A stretch of 48,377 nucleotides of DNA from Minisyncoccia bacterium. Its GTDB lineage: Bacteria; Patescibacteriota; Minisyncoccia; Phycocordibacterales; UBA2100. This document shows positions 24,798 to 35,515 of this stretch, piece after piece. The stretch spans positions 1-48,377 of the forward strand of contig CBFHTW010000003.1 of the NCBI GenBank assembly GCA_965659025.1, written 5' to 3'. Each line of letters starts with the position of its first letter. The first letter of the stretch is position 1. The position numbers and the translations under genes are program-made. Below the pieces are notes generated by a model, which had not been told where the DNA came from, did no database searches, and saw only the letters and a program-made list of their open reading frames with translations.

Positions 24798-25736
24798 TCA
24801 CTCGCCCTTGATAGACTTGTGCATCTCGTTGAGATAGCCGATGAGTTGCTGCAAGAGCTTAGCATCCTGCTCGCGATCGGCGATCTCGTCGTCTCGCGTC
24901 CTGTAAAGCTCATTGAGGTTGAGCCCTTGGTGGATGCGACGAGCACGATTGAGCGTTCCGCCAACGAAGTTCTTGAACGCTTTGTAGTCGTCGGAGGGTT
25001 TTCGCATCCTACCGCCGACACCGTAACCACTCTTGCCAGTTCGCACCGAGATGAGCGCCCGCGTTTCGACGATGCCGAGGTTGCGTTCAATGGCTTCCTT
25101 GGCGATCATGAGCTGCAAGTTCGTATCGGTCGTGCTCCGTGCAATGTCAATCGCCGCCGTGGTGGTCAACCGTTCGTCCTTGGTCCGCAATGGGTCCATG
25201 AACTTCTTGACCTGATCCGGCAACGAATGCATGTAAACATAGTTCTCAACATGCGTGACCGACTTTTTGACCGTCGCGGCGATCTCCACGATTTTTGCAT
25301 GATGGCTTTGAGCCGTGCTTTCATCGTAAAGACGTTTGTACGCCGCCGCTTCATCCAGCGGAACGAGATCTTCGCGGTGAAGGTTATCGAGAAGCGCCTC
25401 TCGGAAGTGGTGCCGCTCGTCGTGGACGATGTCGATGAAGCACTTGACGATGGGATCGGTGTCGCTGCGGTCTTTGATGAGGCCGAACGCTCTCCATCGA
25501 CGTTCGCCGCCGATGAGCACGAATACCCCACCCTGTGTTGAGTGCTTGCACACTCTCACCGGAGTCTTCTGGCCGTTGGTTGAGATGTCATCGGCGAGGT
25601 CTTCAAGACCTTTCTGATCGAAGTAGCGTCGAGGTTGGCCCTCGAAGCGCATGATTCGACTGAGCTTAACTGGGAGTGGCTGACCAAGTCCGCTCTCCTC
25701 GCCATTTTCAACAACGCGCAGTGCTGACTTGTTCAC
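24798..25736 (-). CDS. ParB/Spo0J-family protein
   Basis: QPRRYF, GGERRWRA (GxRR) and DNLHREDL motifs. SD GGGAGG, GTG start. Confidence 0.88.
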   Translation of the reverse strand: MNKSALRVVENGEESGLGQPLPVKLSRIMRFEGQPRRYFDQKGLEDLADDISTNGQKTPVRVCKHSTQGGVFVLIGGERRWRAFGLIKDRSDTDPIVKCFIDIVHDERHHFREALLDNLHREDLVPLDEAAAYKRLYDESTAQSHHAKIVEIAATVKKSVTHVENYVYMHSLPDQVKKFMDPLRTKDERLTTTAAIDIARSTTDTNLQLMIAKEAIERNLGIVETRALISVRTGKSGYGVGGRMRKPSDDYKAFKNFVGGTLNRARRIHQGLNLNELYRTRDDEIADREQDAKLLQQLIGYLNEMHKSIKGE

Positions 25737-25977
25737 ATGAGCCTCCCTTGGCTGGATTGACCTTGAAGATCAGTACTGAAAAGGATAATGACATAAGTCA
25801 GCTTTTTGGGCAACGATCTCTCAAAAATCACAAGCTCTGCAAATCAGTGCTAGAGACTAGTGGTAAATATGCGTTTTCCCTTAATAGCGATCTGCTTTTA
25901 AGACAGCTTAGCAGTTCTCTTTTTTAATCAGCGCCCTCTTCTCTCAATAAGTACTTCGTGTGGTACTGTTCTAATAT

Positions 25978-26292
25978 ATGAATCCATACATAAGTGCTGG
26001 GGCGGCGAGTGCGTATATTGCGCTCATTGCGTTGTTTTTTAGTTACGTGCCACATTTTGAGTCGCAGGGTAGTCCGGCCTTTGCGGCCTTTACCATGCTC
26101 TCGCTGTTGGTGCTCTCTGTCGCGGTGATGGGATTTTTGTTTTTCTATGAGCCACTTAGTTTGTACATGGAGGGGAGACGCGCTGAATCCATCAAACATT
26201 TCTTTCGGACGATAGTGATGTTTGCGTGTATTGTGATTACGGTTTTTGCCACGGTGATTTTTGTTCTGCCTTTGTTTGGCGGTGTGGCGTGA
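25978..26292 (+). CDS. Small membrane protein
   Basis: Three hydrophobic segments. Confidence 0.65.
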   Translation: MNPYISAGAASAYIALIALFFSYVPHFESQGSPAFAAFTMLSLLVLSVAVMGFLFFYEPLSLYMEGRRAESIKHFFRTIVMFACIVITVFATVIFVLPLFGGVA

Positions 26293-26352
26293 GTGGGTTG
26301 GTATTGAAAAAGGGTACACCCGCCAAGGCATGCCTTGGTGGGTGTGTATGTC

Positions 26353-26952
26353 TCAGGCTTCAATGCCCCGTTCGGCCAAAAGAAGTCTGATGATAGGGAT
26401 GGTACGGAACTCCGATGTCGCCGCCTTCATAAAGACGACCACACGAACAATGTCACGAATTGCGCCTTCAAGTTTGTTCTGGTCGGCGTATGTGGCAGTG
26501 ATGGAGCTCCACCCAAACCGCATCAGATCTTCGTCGGCGCGAGCGATGCCGATTGCGAACGCGATATGACTTGCGAGGCACGCGCGCGTCTTGCCGAGCG
26601 AACGTACGAATCGCGCCCATTGGTATCCCCAATGCGCCCACTCCGCCGGAGAGATATCCCGCTTTATGGCACGTGTGAAGAGCACAACTTCCAAGATCAT
26701 AGATTTCCACTGCCATTCTGGTTCATGTGCTCGGCGCAACTCGCGCTCAATGGCCGCCTGGTGATGTTCCTGACAGTGGTCGCACTGATAGTAGATGGCG
26801 AGCGCGTACGCGATGTATTCGCGCACCAAAACTGGCAACGTAAACGAATCCGATTCCCCAGGCACACCCGAAAACGCGTGGGCATGAAGCTCTTGGAGCA
26901 CGCCACTGAACGCATTGCCAGGAATGGGGGCTTTTGCAGGATTGTTCTGCAT
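26353..26952 (-). CDS. Hypothetical protein, AhpD/carboxymuconolactone decarboxylase-like
   Basis: REYIAYALAIYYQCDHCQEHH matches the E..A......CxxC..H pattern. Confidence 0.55.
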   Translation of the reverse strand: MQNNPAKAPIPGNAFSGVLQELHAHAFSGVPGESDSFTLPVLVREYIAYALAIYYQCDHCQEHHQAAIERELRRAHEPEWQWKSMILEVVLFTRAIKRDISPAEWAHWGYQWARFVRSLGKTRACLASHIAFAIGIARADEDLMRFGWSSITATYADQNKLEGAIRDIVRVVVFMKAATSEFRTIPIIRLLLAERGIEA

Positions 26953-27096
26953 GGTCTCAACCTTTCTATGGGGAATGTTTGTCCGGTGCGCATACTAGGC
27001 CAGGCGAGCGGTATGTGCAAATATGAAGAATAATTATTACAGGGCGGGAGTTGTTCCCGCCTCGTTTTTTCTTCCCATTGCCATAAGGTACACTGT

Positions 27097-27579
27097 ATGA
27101 GTATGAACATCCGTGACACTGTGAAGTGTGGGGTGTCGCTCGTAATACCTCAGATTGCGGGAGCTGTGGGTTCGCTGTTTACCATGCCAGCGATAGCTGG
27201 TTGGTACGCTTCGCTTGTGAAACCGGAGCTTGCGCCGCCCAACTGGGTGTTTGCTCCCGTGTGGACGACTATCTTTTTTCTGATGGGCTGGGCACTGTTT
27301 TTGATCTGGCGTGAGAATACTTCTCGTACAGAGGTGCAATTTGCACTTGGTATGTTTGGCATACAGCTCGCATTGAACGTATGTTGGTCATTCTTGTTCT
27401 TCGGCACACAAGACCCCAGAGCGGCATTTTTTGAAATTACTGCCCTTTGGCTCGCGATCGCCGCCACGATAGTAGCGTTTGCGTATGTTTCTCGCGTAGC
27501 GGCTTGGCTCCTTGTTCCATATATCGCGTGGGTGAGTTTTGCGGCATACCTCAACTATTCCATTTGGATGCTCAACTAA
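27097..27579 (+). CDS. tspO: TspO/MBR tryptophan-rich sensory protein
   Basis: WYASLVKP..PPNWVFAPVWT, QLALNVCWS and PYIAWVSFAAYLN motifs. Confidence 0.92.
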   Translation: MSMNIRDTVKCGVSLVIPQIAGAVGSLFTMPAIAGWYASLVKPELAPPNWVFAPVWTTIFFLMGWALFLIWRENTSRTEVQFALGMFGIQLALNVCWSFLFFGTQDPRAAFFEITALWLAIAATIVAFAYVSRVAAWLLVPYIAWVSFAAYLNYSIWMLN

Positions 27580-27649
27580 GAGTGTAGGGGTGAGTACTGT
27601 ACATCTTTTGGTGCTGTGGTACTCTTGCACACAGTTTTTGGAGGGTGAC

Positions 27650-27901
27650 ATGACAAGAGAAAGGGCTACGAGTGAGATTGCGCGTTCGCTCGCGCAATTC
27701 AGTGCGGACAGGGCACTCCTGGACGAGCGATGTGCGGATCTGCTCAAGCGGCATCCGTGGTGTTATGTGGGCGTGTATCGCGGTGATATCTTCGTCGGAT
27801 TCACCTTTGAGGAGGTAATCAGACATTTCGGGGATGGGGATCATGTGGTGATCAAACACCTCAACCCGAATCCACCCGCGTACATTCTCGCTGTCGCGTG
27901 A
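27650..27901 (+). CDS. Small hypothetical protein
   Basis: SD GGAGG, ATG 27650, followed by a 12-bp hairpin at 27925-27952. Confidence 0.6.
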   Translation: MTRERATSEIARSLAQFSADRALLDERCADLLKRHPWCYVGVYRGDIFVGFTFEEVIRHFGDGDHVVIKHLNPNPPAYILAVA

Positions 27902-28021
27902 CCTGAATCTTTCCGAGTACATAGGGCGCCGTCTGCATACGCAGACGGCGCCAATTTCATGGAGGTTGCAGATTACCTATGCAGGTATAGAGTGAACAAC
28001 GGAAAACGAAAGGAGGGCGCA

Positions 28022-28426
28022 ATGAGAAAGGACCTGATACCGCCTTTGCCGCGCGAGCAGTATGCCGCGGTGGCGGTTGGGCGGCTCCGGCAAAGCGTGC
28101 GGAGTCCAAACGGAAAGGTGTGGGCGCACGACGCGTGGTGGATCATACGGCAGGCGCTCAGGGACGAGTCATTGTACGTACAAGACGTCGGACTGTGTTC
28201 ACTCATGATGTACGAGGGGTATGTTCTTCTTGCGATTGCATATCTGCAGTCGTTTCCGAACACAGAACTCCGCAATGAGCTTTCAACAGAAATTGAGGGT
28301 GTTCTCAGGGTTCTGGCGGATCGTGTGGAAATGCTGTCTGCGACCAAGAATCTTTCCTATGAGGAGATGCAGCACATCATTGATTCTATTACGAATATAC
28401 ATCGTGCATTGGCACGTGTCGCATAA
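28022..28426 (+). CDS. Hypothetical protein
   Basis: SD AAGGAGG before ATG 28022. Confidence 0.6.
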   Translation: MRKDLIPPLPREQYAAVAVGRLRQSVRSPNGKVWAHDAWWIIRQALRDESLYVQDVGLCSLMMYEGYVLLAIAYLQSFPNTELRNELSTEIEGVLRVLADRVEMLSATKNLSYEEMQHIIDSITNIHRALARVA

Positions 28427-28495
28427 ACAAAACAGTGGCCGAGAGTAACATCTCGGCCACGCGCTTTTCTACTAGCGTGTTACACTTCTCATCGT

Positions 28496-29557
28496 ATGAG
28501 GAGCACGAAGCGCCGCGCGCATTCTGCACTGCGAATAACCGCCTATCTTGCGGGCGTGGGAGTGATGTGTGGTGCGCTGGTATACCTCGTCACCGATTTG
28601 TATCCCGGCTCACTTGAGGCAAGCGGAATAGGCGCTCCGGTACCGGCCGCACGGGCCGTGTTGGATAGAGTTGCATATGACGCCAAGATGCTCGCAATTG
28701 CAAACGTAGGGACGACTACCGCATCCACCACGCCGTCGCGCTGGCCAGTGAAGGCGGCGTACCCGAATGCCGGCGCGCTTTTGCCGTTTAAGCGAATCGT
28801 CGCGTACTACGGAAACTTTTACTCAAAACAAATGGGAGTGTTGGGAGAATACGAACAAGAAGAAGTGTTGCAGAGGCTTCGCGCCGCCGCCGCCGAATGG
28901 AATTCGGCCGATCCGGAGACGCCCGTTGTGCCGGCGATTGACTACATCGCTGTGACGGCGCAGGCGAGCGCGGGCGAAGACGGCATGTACCGTCTGCGCA
29001 TGCCGGATAGTCAGATAGATAGAGCGATTGAGATGGCACAGAGGATAGACGGTATTGTGTTTCTTGATGTGCAGGTTGGCTTTAGTACTTTGCAAAAAGA
29101 ATTGCCTGCACTGAAAAAGTATCTCGCCCTACCGCAAGTACACCTTGCGATTGATCCGGAATTTTCCATGAAGCATGGCATCCGGCCGGGTAGGGAAATA
29201 GGTACGATGGATGCGGCCGATGTAAATTATGCGGCGGAATATCTTGCGCAACTCGTGCGAGACAATAATTTGCCGCCGAAAATTCTTGTGGTGCACCGTT
29301 TTACCGAGGAGATGGTGACGGGGTATCGTACTATACGACCGCTTCCGGAAGTGCAGATCGTGATTGACATGGATGGATGGGGTTTCCCGGCAAAGAAGCT
29401 CAACACGTATCGCTTGGTGGTTCAGAACGAGCCGATACAGTTTGCCGGATTCAAGATATTTTATAAAAACGATTTACGCGCTCCGAGTCCGCGCCTGCTC
29501 ACACCTGCAGAACTTCTGCAGTTGAGTCCACAGCCGATATTCATTCAGTATCAGTAG
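28496..29557 (+). CDS. Membrane-anchored hypothetical protein
   Basis: N-terminal TM segment, long ORF, convergent hairpin downstream. Confidence 0.7.
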   Translation: MRSTKRRAHSALRITAYLAGVGVMCGALVYLVTDLYPGSLEASGIGAPVPAARAVLDRVAYDAKMLAIANVGTTTASTTPSRWPVKAAYPNAGALLPFKRIVAYYGNFYSKQMGVLGEYEQEEVLQRLRAAAAEWNSADPETPVVPAIDYIAVTAQASAGEDGMYRLRMPDSQIDRAIEMAQRIDGIVFLDVQVGFSTLQKELPALKKYLALPQVHLAIDPEFSMKHGIRPGREIGTMDAADVNYAAEYLAQLVRDNNLPPKILVVHRFTEEMVTGYRTIRPLPEVQIVIDMDGWGFPAKKLNTYRLVVQNEPIQFAGFKIFYKNDLRAPSPRLLTPAELLQLSPQPIFIQYQ

Positions 29558-29566
29558 GGAAATGAG

Positions 29567-29598
29567 ATGCGGCCCGCTCCTACAGGAGCGGGCCGCAT
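29567..29598. terminator. Perfect 15-bp inverted repeat between convergent genes
   Basis: ATGCGGCCCGCTCCT-AC-AGGAGCGGGCCGCAT. Confidence 0.6.
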
Positions 29599-29619
29599 GG
29601 CGCATGTTTTCCGGACTAT

Positions 29620-30444
29620 TTAGAAGAATCCAAACATGCGGGAGAACATACCCCCTAACTGTTTGAAGATTCCGCCAAGCGGACGTGCATCCTCGCGTTT
29701 CTCGGTACTTGTTGCGGCCACCCCGTGATCTACAACGGTAGAAGCGGTAACCGCTGTTCCGTTGATTGTGCCCTGTACCACTACAGAATCACCCACAATA
29801 ACACTCGCGAGTGTCGTCGTTGCGCCACGTTTTATGACGGTTGCACTCGCCGCGTCTATCGCGTAGCTCACATTACCTTTGTTGGTGAGGGTCAGTGTGG
29901 AACCGCTCTGTGCAGTTACTGTACCGGCAACAACAGGCTGGCCGTTCCCTTGCATGACAGCTTGGGCCGGCGGAAGAGGTCGGTCTTTCAGTTTCTGTTC
30001 TACTTTGCGCAGCATGTTGCCCATACCTATGATGCCCGTGCGTATTGATGTTGCCGTTACTGTTGTTCCGTCCACCGTGCCCTGCACCGACACCGTGTCT
30101 CCGACAACAAGGCTGGTGAGCGTCGTCGTTGCCGCTCCACGAAACACCTGTGCGGAGCTTGCGTTGATGGTATAGGTGGTGCGACTGCCACGTTCAGCGT
30201 CTTTGTCTTTGTTTCCACGTTGTCGCGGAGCGTTGCCGTCCACGGTAAGGGTGGTGCCATTGATGGCCGTTATCTTTCCTACCACCTCGGGGTTGTGAGG
30301 AGCGAGTATGGCACGAATGCCAAACATTCCGCGGCCATTTCCCGCATCTGCGCGTTCGTTGGTATCGGCTAGTACCGGTGTCGCCACCGCGAGCAGGGCG
30401 AGCATACTGCCTACGCTCACGACACGTTTAATACTTACTGACAT
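29620..30444 (-). CDS. Secreted DUF5666-like repeat protein
   Basis: Signal peptide and two G.IT..GT.LT...VGD.V.VQG...VTA repeats. Confidence 0.7.
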   Translation of the reverse strand: MSVSIKRVVSVGSMLALLAVATPVLADTNERADAGNGRGMFGIRAILAPHNPEVVGKITAINGTTLTVDGNAPRQRGNKDKDAERGSRTTYTINASSAQVFRGAATTTLTSLVVGDTVSVQGTVDGTTVTATSIRTGIIGMGNMLRKVEQKLKDRPLPPAQAVMQGNGQPVVAGTVTAQSGSTLTLTNKGNVSYAIDAASATVIKRGATTTLASVIVGDSVVVQGTINGTAVTASTVVDHGVAATSTEKREDARPLGGIFKQLGGMFSRMFGFF

Positions 30445-30555
30445 ATGAATTTCTTGTGTTAATTACGCGTCTAAACGGCCATATTCTGCTAGGGCCGTGT
30501 ATGGTATACGTACCAGCGAGATACATTGGTGCGTGGTCGTGATACACTGGTTTTT

Positions 30556-32136
30556 ATGAATGTATTTTCAGATATGGTGAAGCGTTTGGTCGCGTTTGGA
30601 AGGGCACATCGGGTGGTTGTCGTGGCCATGGTGCTTGTGTGTGTTGGCGCGGCGAGCTTTTCTGTACTGCGGACGAACACACAGGATGACAGCACACTCG
30701 TCGTACATCCCAAAGAGTTTCTCCAGCAAGTGTCTGTTTCGGGCACGGTCATCGCCGCACAAGATGTGGAGCTTGGATTTACGGCAAGCGGGCGCGTGGC
30801 CCGCTCCTACGCGCGTGTGGGTGATGTGGTGCGCGCCGGGGCGGTGCTTGCAGAAATAGATAACGGGGATTTGCGTGCCGCGGTCGCACAGCGAGAAGCG
30901 ACACTTGCATCGCAACAAGCAAAACTTGATTCCCTAAAAGCAGGCACACGACCGGAAGAAATCGCCCTGGCGCGCGCCGCGGTGGAAAGTGCTACTGCCG
31001 CCCTTTCGCAGGCAAATCAGAGTGTCGTCAATGCTATACGCGACTCATATACCGCCTCGGACAACGCTGTGCATGTAACCGTTGACCAGTTTATACAAAA
31101 TCCACGCGGTATTACTCCGTCACTTACGTTTTATACGTCTGCCTCCCAACTTGCGATCAATATTCCCACGGAACGGACAATGATGGAGGATGTGCTGATG
31201 CGCTGGAGCGCTCGCAATGCGACACTTGTCGCCACGGGGGATGTGCTTTCTGCGGCGCAAGAGGCACAGCATGACCTTACCTTGACCACGGTACTTCTTG
31301 CGGACAGCGCGGGTGCGCTCAACCAGGCACAACCCTCACAATCGGCGACCGTCTCTACTATTGCGTCGTATGCTTCCGGCGTGGCGACGGCGCGCGCAAA
31401 TATCAACACTGTTACCGCCGCACTGACCGGAGCGGTGACGGCACAGCGGAGCGCCGCGGCGGCGTTGGAACAAGCACAGCGCACCCTCACGCTCAAAGAA
31501 GCGGGACCAACAGGAGACGATATCGCGGCACAGGTGGCGCTCGTAGCGGCGGCACGGGCGGATATAGAAAACGCGCGCGCACAACTATCCAAGACTCTCA
31601 TTGTTGCACCGTTTTCTGGCACAGTAACGCGCATGGATGCAAAGCAAGGGGAGATAGTGTCACCAAACACCGCAGAGATTTCTCTTATGAGCGTTGACCG
31701 TCTCCGCGTGGAGAGTTATGTACCGGAAATCTCGGTGGCATTGGTGCGTCAGGGTAATGAAGCATTGGTAACGCTTGATGCGTATGGCTCTGGGGTCACA
31801 TTTTCAGCGGCGGTCGCGTCTGTTGATCCGGCAGAGACCATCCGCAATGGCGTGCCTATGTACCGTGCCGTGCTTGAATTCTCCACCCAAGACGCGCGTA
31901 TTAAATCCGGCATGACGGCCAATGTTGCCATCACGACAGCGCGGCGCGAAGGGATCATAAGCGTGCCACAGAGGGTTGTCTCAATGCGTGATGGAAAATC
32001 ATATGTTCCCGTGCGCATTGGCACGAGTGTAGAAGACAGAGAGGTAACAACCGGCGCGGTATCGGCCATTGGAGAAATTGAGATACTCTCGGGATTGCGC
32101 GACGGAGACACTGTCGTGCTTGCGCCCGCTTTATAA
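30556..32136 (+). CDS. Efflux membrane-fusion/adaptor protein (HlyD/MacA-like)
   Basis: TM anchor, SGRV..VGDVV..G..LA, coiled coil, APFSGTV, GMTA and GL..GD.V. Confidence 0.88.
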   Translation: MNVFSDMVKRLVAFGRAHRVVVVAMVLVCVGAASFSVLRTNTQDDSTLVVHPKEFLQQVSVSGTVIAAQDVELGFTASGRVARSYARVGDVVRAGAVLAEIDNGDLRAAVAQREATLASQQAKLDSLKAGTRPEEIALARAAVESATAALSQANQSVVNAIRDSYTASDNAVHVTVDQFIQNPRGITPSLTFYTSASQLAINIPTERTMMEDVLMRWSARNATLVATGDVLSAAQEAQHDLTLTTVLLADSAGALNQAQPSQSATVSTIASYASGVATARANINTVTAALTGAVTAQRSAAAALEQAQRTLTLKEAGPTGDDIAAQVALVAAARADIENARAQLSKTLIVAPFSGTVTRMDAKQGEIVSPNTAEISLMSVDRLRVESYVPEISVALVRQGNEALVTLDAYGSGVTFSAAVASVDPAETIRNGVPMYRAVLEFSTQDARIKSGMTANVAITTARREGIISVPQRVVSMRDGKSYVPVRIGTSVEDREVTTGAVSAIGEIEILSGLRDGDTVVLAPAL

Positions 32137-32138
32137 GC

Positions 32139-33392
32139 ATGGCGTTTTCTTTAGACGTACGCATTGGATGGTTTCTCGCTCTGCGGCAGATTCGCCGTGC
32201 GAGTATTTGGACCACTTCACTCATCATCTTGGTGATGGTGCTTACGTTTCTCAACCTCGTTGTTGTCTCCGGCGTACTCGTGGGTCTCATCCAGGGCGCT
32301 GTGCAAGCGGTACGCGACAAATACACGAGCGACGTTATTATCTCTTCACTTACCGACAAGGAGTATATAGAGGACAGCACCAATCTCATTACACTTCTCG
32401 GCACACTCCCGCAGGTGGAGTCGTTTACGCCGCGATACCGCGAAGGGGGACTTTTGGAGGCAAACTACCAAACACGTAAAGATACCGAAAAAGCGAACAC
32501 GGCTTCGGCACAAATTGTTGGCATAGATCCAGCCGCAGAGGACATGGTGACACACATCAAGGATGATCTGGTAGAGGGAGAGTTTTTGTCTCCTAGTGAT
32601 TACGACAAGGTACTTCTCGGACACTATCTGCTCAAACAGTACATGCCCATAGAATCACCCTCGTTCTCTACATTGGAAAACGTATCTGTTGGTTCCAAAA
32701 TACGAATGAAGGTGGGAGGCGCGACACGCGAGGTAGTCGTCAAAGGCATCATCAAGACAAAAGTGGATGAGGTGTCTATGTCGGCCTACATGGTAGGTAC
32801 GCAACTGCGCGGCATGATCGGGCGCAGTGACGGAAACGTGGACGAGATCGCTATTAAAGTGCGTCCGGGAGTTGATCCGGCCAGTGTGCGTGACGCGCTT
32901 GTTTTGCGCGGCGCGGATACGCACGCACGCGTGCAGACCTACGAAGATGGACAGCCGAAATTTCTCAAAGATATGATCAACACCTTCAATTTGCTCGGTG
33001 CAGCGTTTAGTTCTATCGGCCTTGTGGTTGCTTCGGTAACTATATTTATTGTTGTGTTTATCAACGCTATCACGCGCCGCAAATTTATAGGCATTCTTAA
33101 GGGTATAGGTATCAACGCACGGGCGATTGAGGTCTCGTACATCATTCAGTCTATTTGGTATGCGTTGTGTGGTTCGGCAATCGGGCTTGTATTGGTGTAT
33201 GGATTTCTTGTTCCGTATTTTGCGTCCAATCCGATAGACTTTCCGTTTAGTGACGGCATTCTTGTAGCCCCCCTTGGGGAAACCATGTTCCGTGTCGGCT
33301 TGCTCATTGTTTCCACGCTCATTGCCGGATTCATTCCTGCGTGGATGATCGTGCGCAAGAATACGCTGGACTCTATTCTCGGCAGAAACTAA
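32139..33392 (+). CDS. ABC transporter permease (FtsX/MacB/LolC-like)
   Basis: N-terminal TM, large extracytoplasmic domain, RRKFIGILKGIG and three C-terminal TMs. Confidence 0.88.
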   Translation: MAFSLDVRIGWFLALRQIRRASIWTTSLIILVMVLTFLNLVVVSGVLVGLIQGAVQAVRDKYTSDVIISSLTDKEYIEDSTNLITLLGTLPQVESFTPRYREGGLLEANYQTRKDTEKANTASAQIVGIDPAAEDMVTHIKDDLVEGEFLSPSDYDKVLLGHYLLKQYMPIESPSFSTLENVSVGSKIRMKVGGATREVVVKGIIKTKVDEVSMSAYMVGTQLRGMIGRSDGNVDEIAIKVRPGVDPASVRDALVLRGADTHARVQTYEDGQPKFLKDMINTFNLLGAAFSSIGLVVASVTIFIVVFINAITRRKFIGILKGIGINARAIEVSYIIQSIWYALCGSAIGLVLVYGFLVPYFASNPIDFPFSDGILVAPLGETMFRVGLLIVSTLIAGFIPAWMIVRKNTLDSILGRN

Positions 33393-33403
33393 CACAACGG
33401 ACT

Positions 33404-34087
33404 ATGATTGAAGTAACACAGCTCACAAAAACATTTTGGAACGGCGACGCAGAGACTTCCGTGCTGAAGGGCATTGATCTGTGCGTGGAGAATGGGGAGT
33501 TTGTTTCCATCGTGGGGCGCTCTGGCGCGGGGAAAAGCACCCTCATGTACCAAATGAGTCTTTTGGACGAGCCTACAAGCGGTGATGTGTTGGTGGACGG
33601 TCGCAGTACCACCGCGATGACGCAAGACGAAGAAATTGCCACACGTCTCACGTTGTTCGGATATGTATTTCAAGACTACGCGCTTCTGCCGGAACTCACT
33701 GCCATAGAGAACGTGGCGTTGCCACTTCTTATGCAGGGGCTTACGCGCTCAGACGCATATGCAAAAGCCGCTGCGTCACTGGAGCGCGTTCAGCTTTCGC
33801 ATCGCCTACACAACATTCCGTCGCAACTCTCCGGCGGTGAGCAACAGCGCGTGTCAATCGCGCGCGCGGTCGCTCATGCACCGAAGGTGCTCTTTGCTGA
33901 TGAGCCGACGGCAAATTTGGATAGAGAATCATCACAAAGAGTTATGGAGGTATTTCAAACACTGCACAGGGAGGGCCAGACCATCATCATGGTGACACAC
34001 GAGGAGGAGTACGCACGTCTCACTGATCGGACCATACGTCTGGACGACGGCCGCGTTGTCTCCATTATCAAGCACGAACACGCATGA
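33404..34087 (+). CDS. ABC transporter ATP-binding protein (LolD/MacB-like)
   Basis: GRSGAGKST, LSGGEQQR, ADEPT and VTH motifs. Confidence 0.95.
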   Translation: MIEVTQLTKTFWNGDAETSVLKGIDLCVENGEFVSIVGRSGAGKSTLMYQMSLLDEPTSGDVLVDGRSTTAMTQDEEIATRLTLFGYVFQDYALLPELTAIENVALPLLMQGLTRSDAYAKAAASLERVQLSHRLHNIPSQLSGGEQQRVSIARAVAHAPKVLFADEPTANLDRESSQRVMEVFQTLHREGQTIIMVTHEEEYARLTDRTIRLDDGRVVSIIKHEHA

Positions 34088-34101
34088 TACAGTAGGGCCG
34101 T

Positions 34102-34974
34102 ATGCAGATACAGATGTTTACCCGCGGGATACTTGCCCTTGCACTTCTGCTTGCGCCTGCAGTGGTCGCGGCCGACATTGTCTCGGAACTCCACATCAAT
34201 CCAAACGGTACGTTTTCGGCGAAGAATCTCGTCGTTACTCAAAAGTCGGGCAACAACCTCTTCGCACGCGCCACATGGGGGCAGGCATTTGTTCGCACGA
34301 CACTTCTCCTTAGCGGTAGCACCACAGTGACAAAGATGCATGGAGAACAAGCGGGTGTCGCTGACATCAAAGAAGGGGACAGAATTGACGTGGAGGGCAC
34401 ACTTTCCTCCGGTGCCGAAGGGCTCATCATTGCGGTGCGAAGTGTACGCGACACGACGCTTCTGCGAGATGAAAAGACACTCTCTGGTACCATCTCGCGC
34501 ACAGATGGCACCGCACTCACCTTTGTGCTCAAGAATAAACCCTTCGGCACCACGACCGTTTCAGTGCCAGCCTCGTTGGAAATCAAGAAGGGCGCGCGTG
34601 CCATTCAATTCGCCGATCTCACAGTGGGGGACAAGGTACTTTCAGCCACTGGTTCATACGACTACACGTCAAACATACTTAGTGCGAGCGCGCTTGAGGT
34701 ATATCAAGATCCAGCCGTATTTAAGTCGCGAAATTTTGAGGGTGCGCTGGAGAGCGTGGCGGCAACAACGCTCCCGACAACGCTTTTGGTGCGCGTTGGT
34801 TCCACCACGTACACAGTGTATGTACACAGCGGCGCGTCGCTTTTAAGCAAAGCAAAGTCGCCAACGACACTTTCGCGATTTGTAGTGGGGGATAGGGTTC
34901 GTTTTTTTGGGGCGGTGCGAAAAACTAATCTTCTTGAGATTGACGCCGAGGTAGTGCGCGATATGAATTTCTAG
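34102..34974 (+). CDS. Secreted DUF5666-like repeat protein
   Basis: Signal peptide and three GD(R/K)(I/V) repeat modules. Confidence 0.65.
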   Translation: MQIQMFTRGILALALLLAPAVVAADIVSELHINPNGTFSAKNLVVTQKSGNNLFARATWGQAFVRTTLLLSGSTTVTKMHGEQAGVADIKEGDRIDVEGTLSSGAEGLIIAVRSVRDTTLLRDEKTLSGTISRTDGTALTFVLKNKPFGTTTVSVPASLEIKKGARAIQFADLTVGDKVLSATGSYDYTSNILSASALEVYQDPAVFKSRNFEGALESVAATTLPTTLLVRVGSTTYTVYVHSGASLLSKAKSPTTLSRFVVGDRVRFFGAVRKTNLLEIDAEVVRDMNF

Positions 34975-34992
34975 CCGCTACATATTGCTCGC

Positions 34993-35418
34993 ATGAAAGA
35001 CATCATTCTCACAATTCACCTGCTCATTCTCGCGTGTATTGGGGTGACGGTTTTGCTCGCCGATAAACAGGCGTTCGGTTGGATGCGCGGCAAGAGAGAA
35101 ACACTAGATGCCGTCATGCTTGCGCGCCTCCACCGCATTGTCCTGGTGGGGCTCGCTGGCATGATCATCACCGGCCTCGTGTTGTTTTATCCGATGCGGA
35201 CGTATCTTCTTCATACACCAGCTTTTTACATCAAAATGGCATTTGTGCTCGCACTGGTCGTGAATGGCCGCGTCATCGGCCGATTCATGAACGTTGCTAC
35301 TGTGCGCCCGTTCTCCTCCCTTACTAAAAGTGAGAGAATGCCGCTCTTTATAAGCGGCGCAGTGTCGGGAATAAGCTGGGTGGGAGCTGTGATCGCGGCA
35401 TTTTTCTTCATTCCATAA
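34993..35418 (+). CDS. Membrane protein
   Basis: Four hydrophobic segments, TGLVL and FYIKM. Confidence 0.7.
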   Translation: MKDIILTIHLLILACIGVTVLLADKQAFGWMRGKRETLDAVMLARLHRIVLVGLAGMIITGLVLFYPMRTYLLHTPAFYIKMAFVLALVVNGRVIGRFMNVATVRPFSSLTKSERMPLFISGAVSGISWVGAVIAAFFFIP

Positions 35419-35515
35419 GAGCTTGCATTTTTTCTTCATTCGTGGTATAGCGATGACATATCAGCCGTTCTTTTGGTGCACTATTATTTAGTAAGGCCAT
35501 AAGCCAATTACCAGT

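Noticed and set aside
22720-25980. Duplicated tRNA 3' end marking attR
   Set aside because: No copy of the tRNA-Gln 3' sequence was found by eye, so the right boundary remains unresolved.
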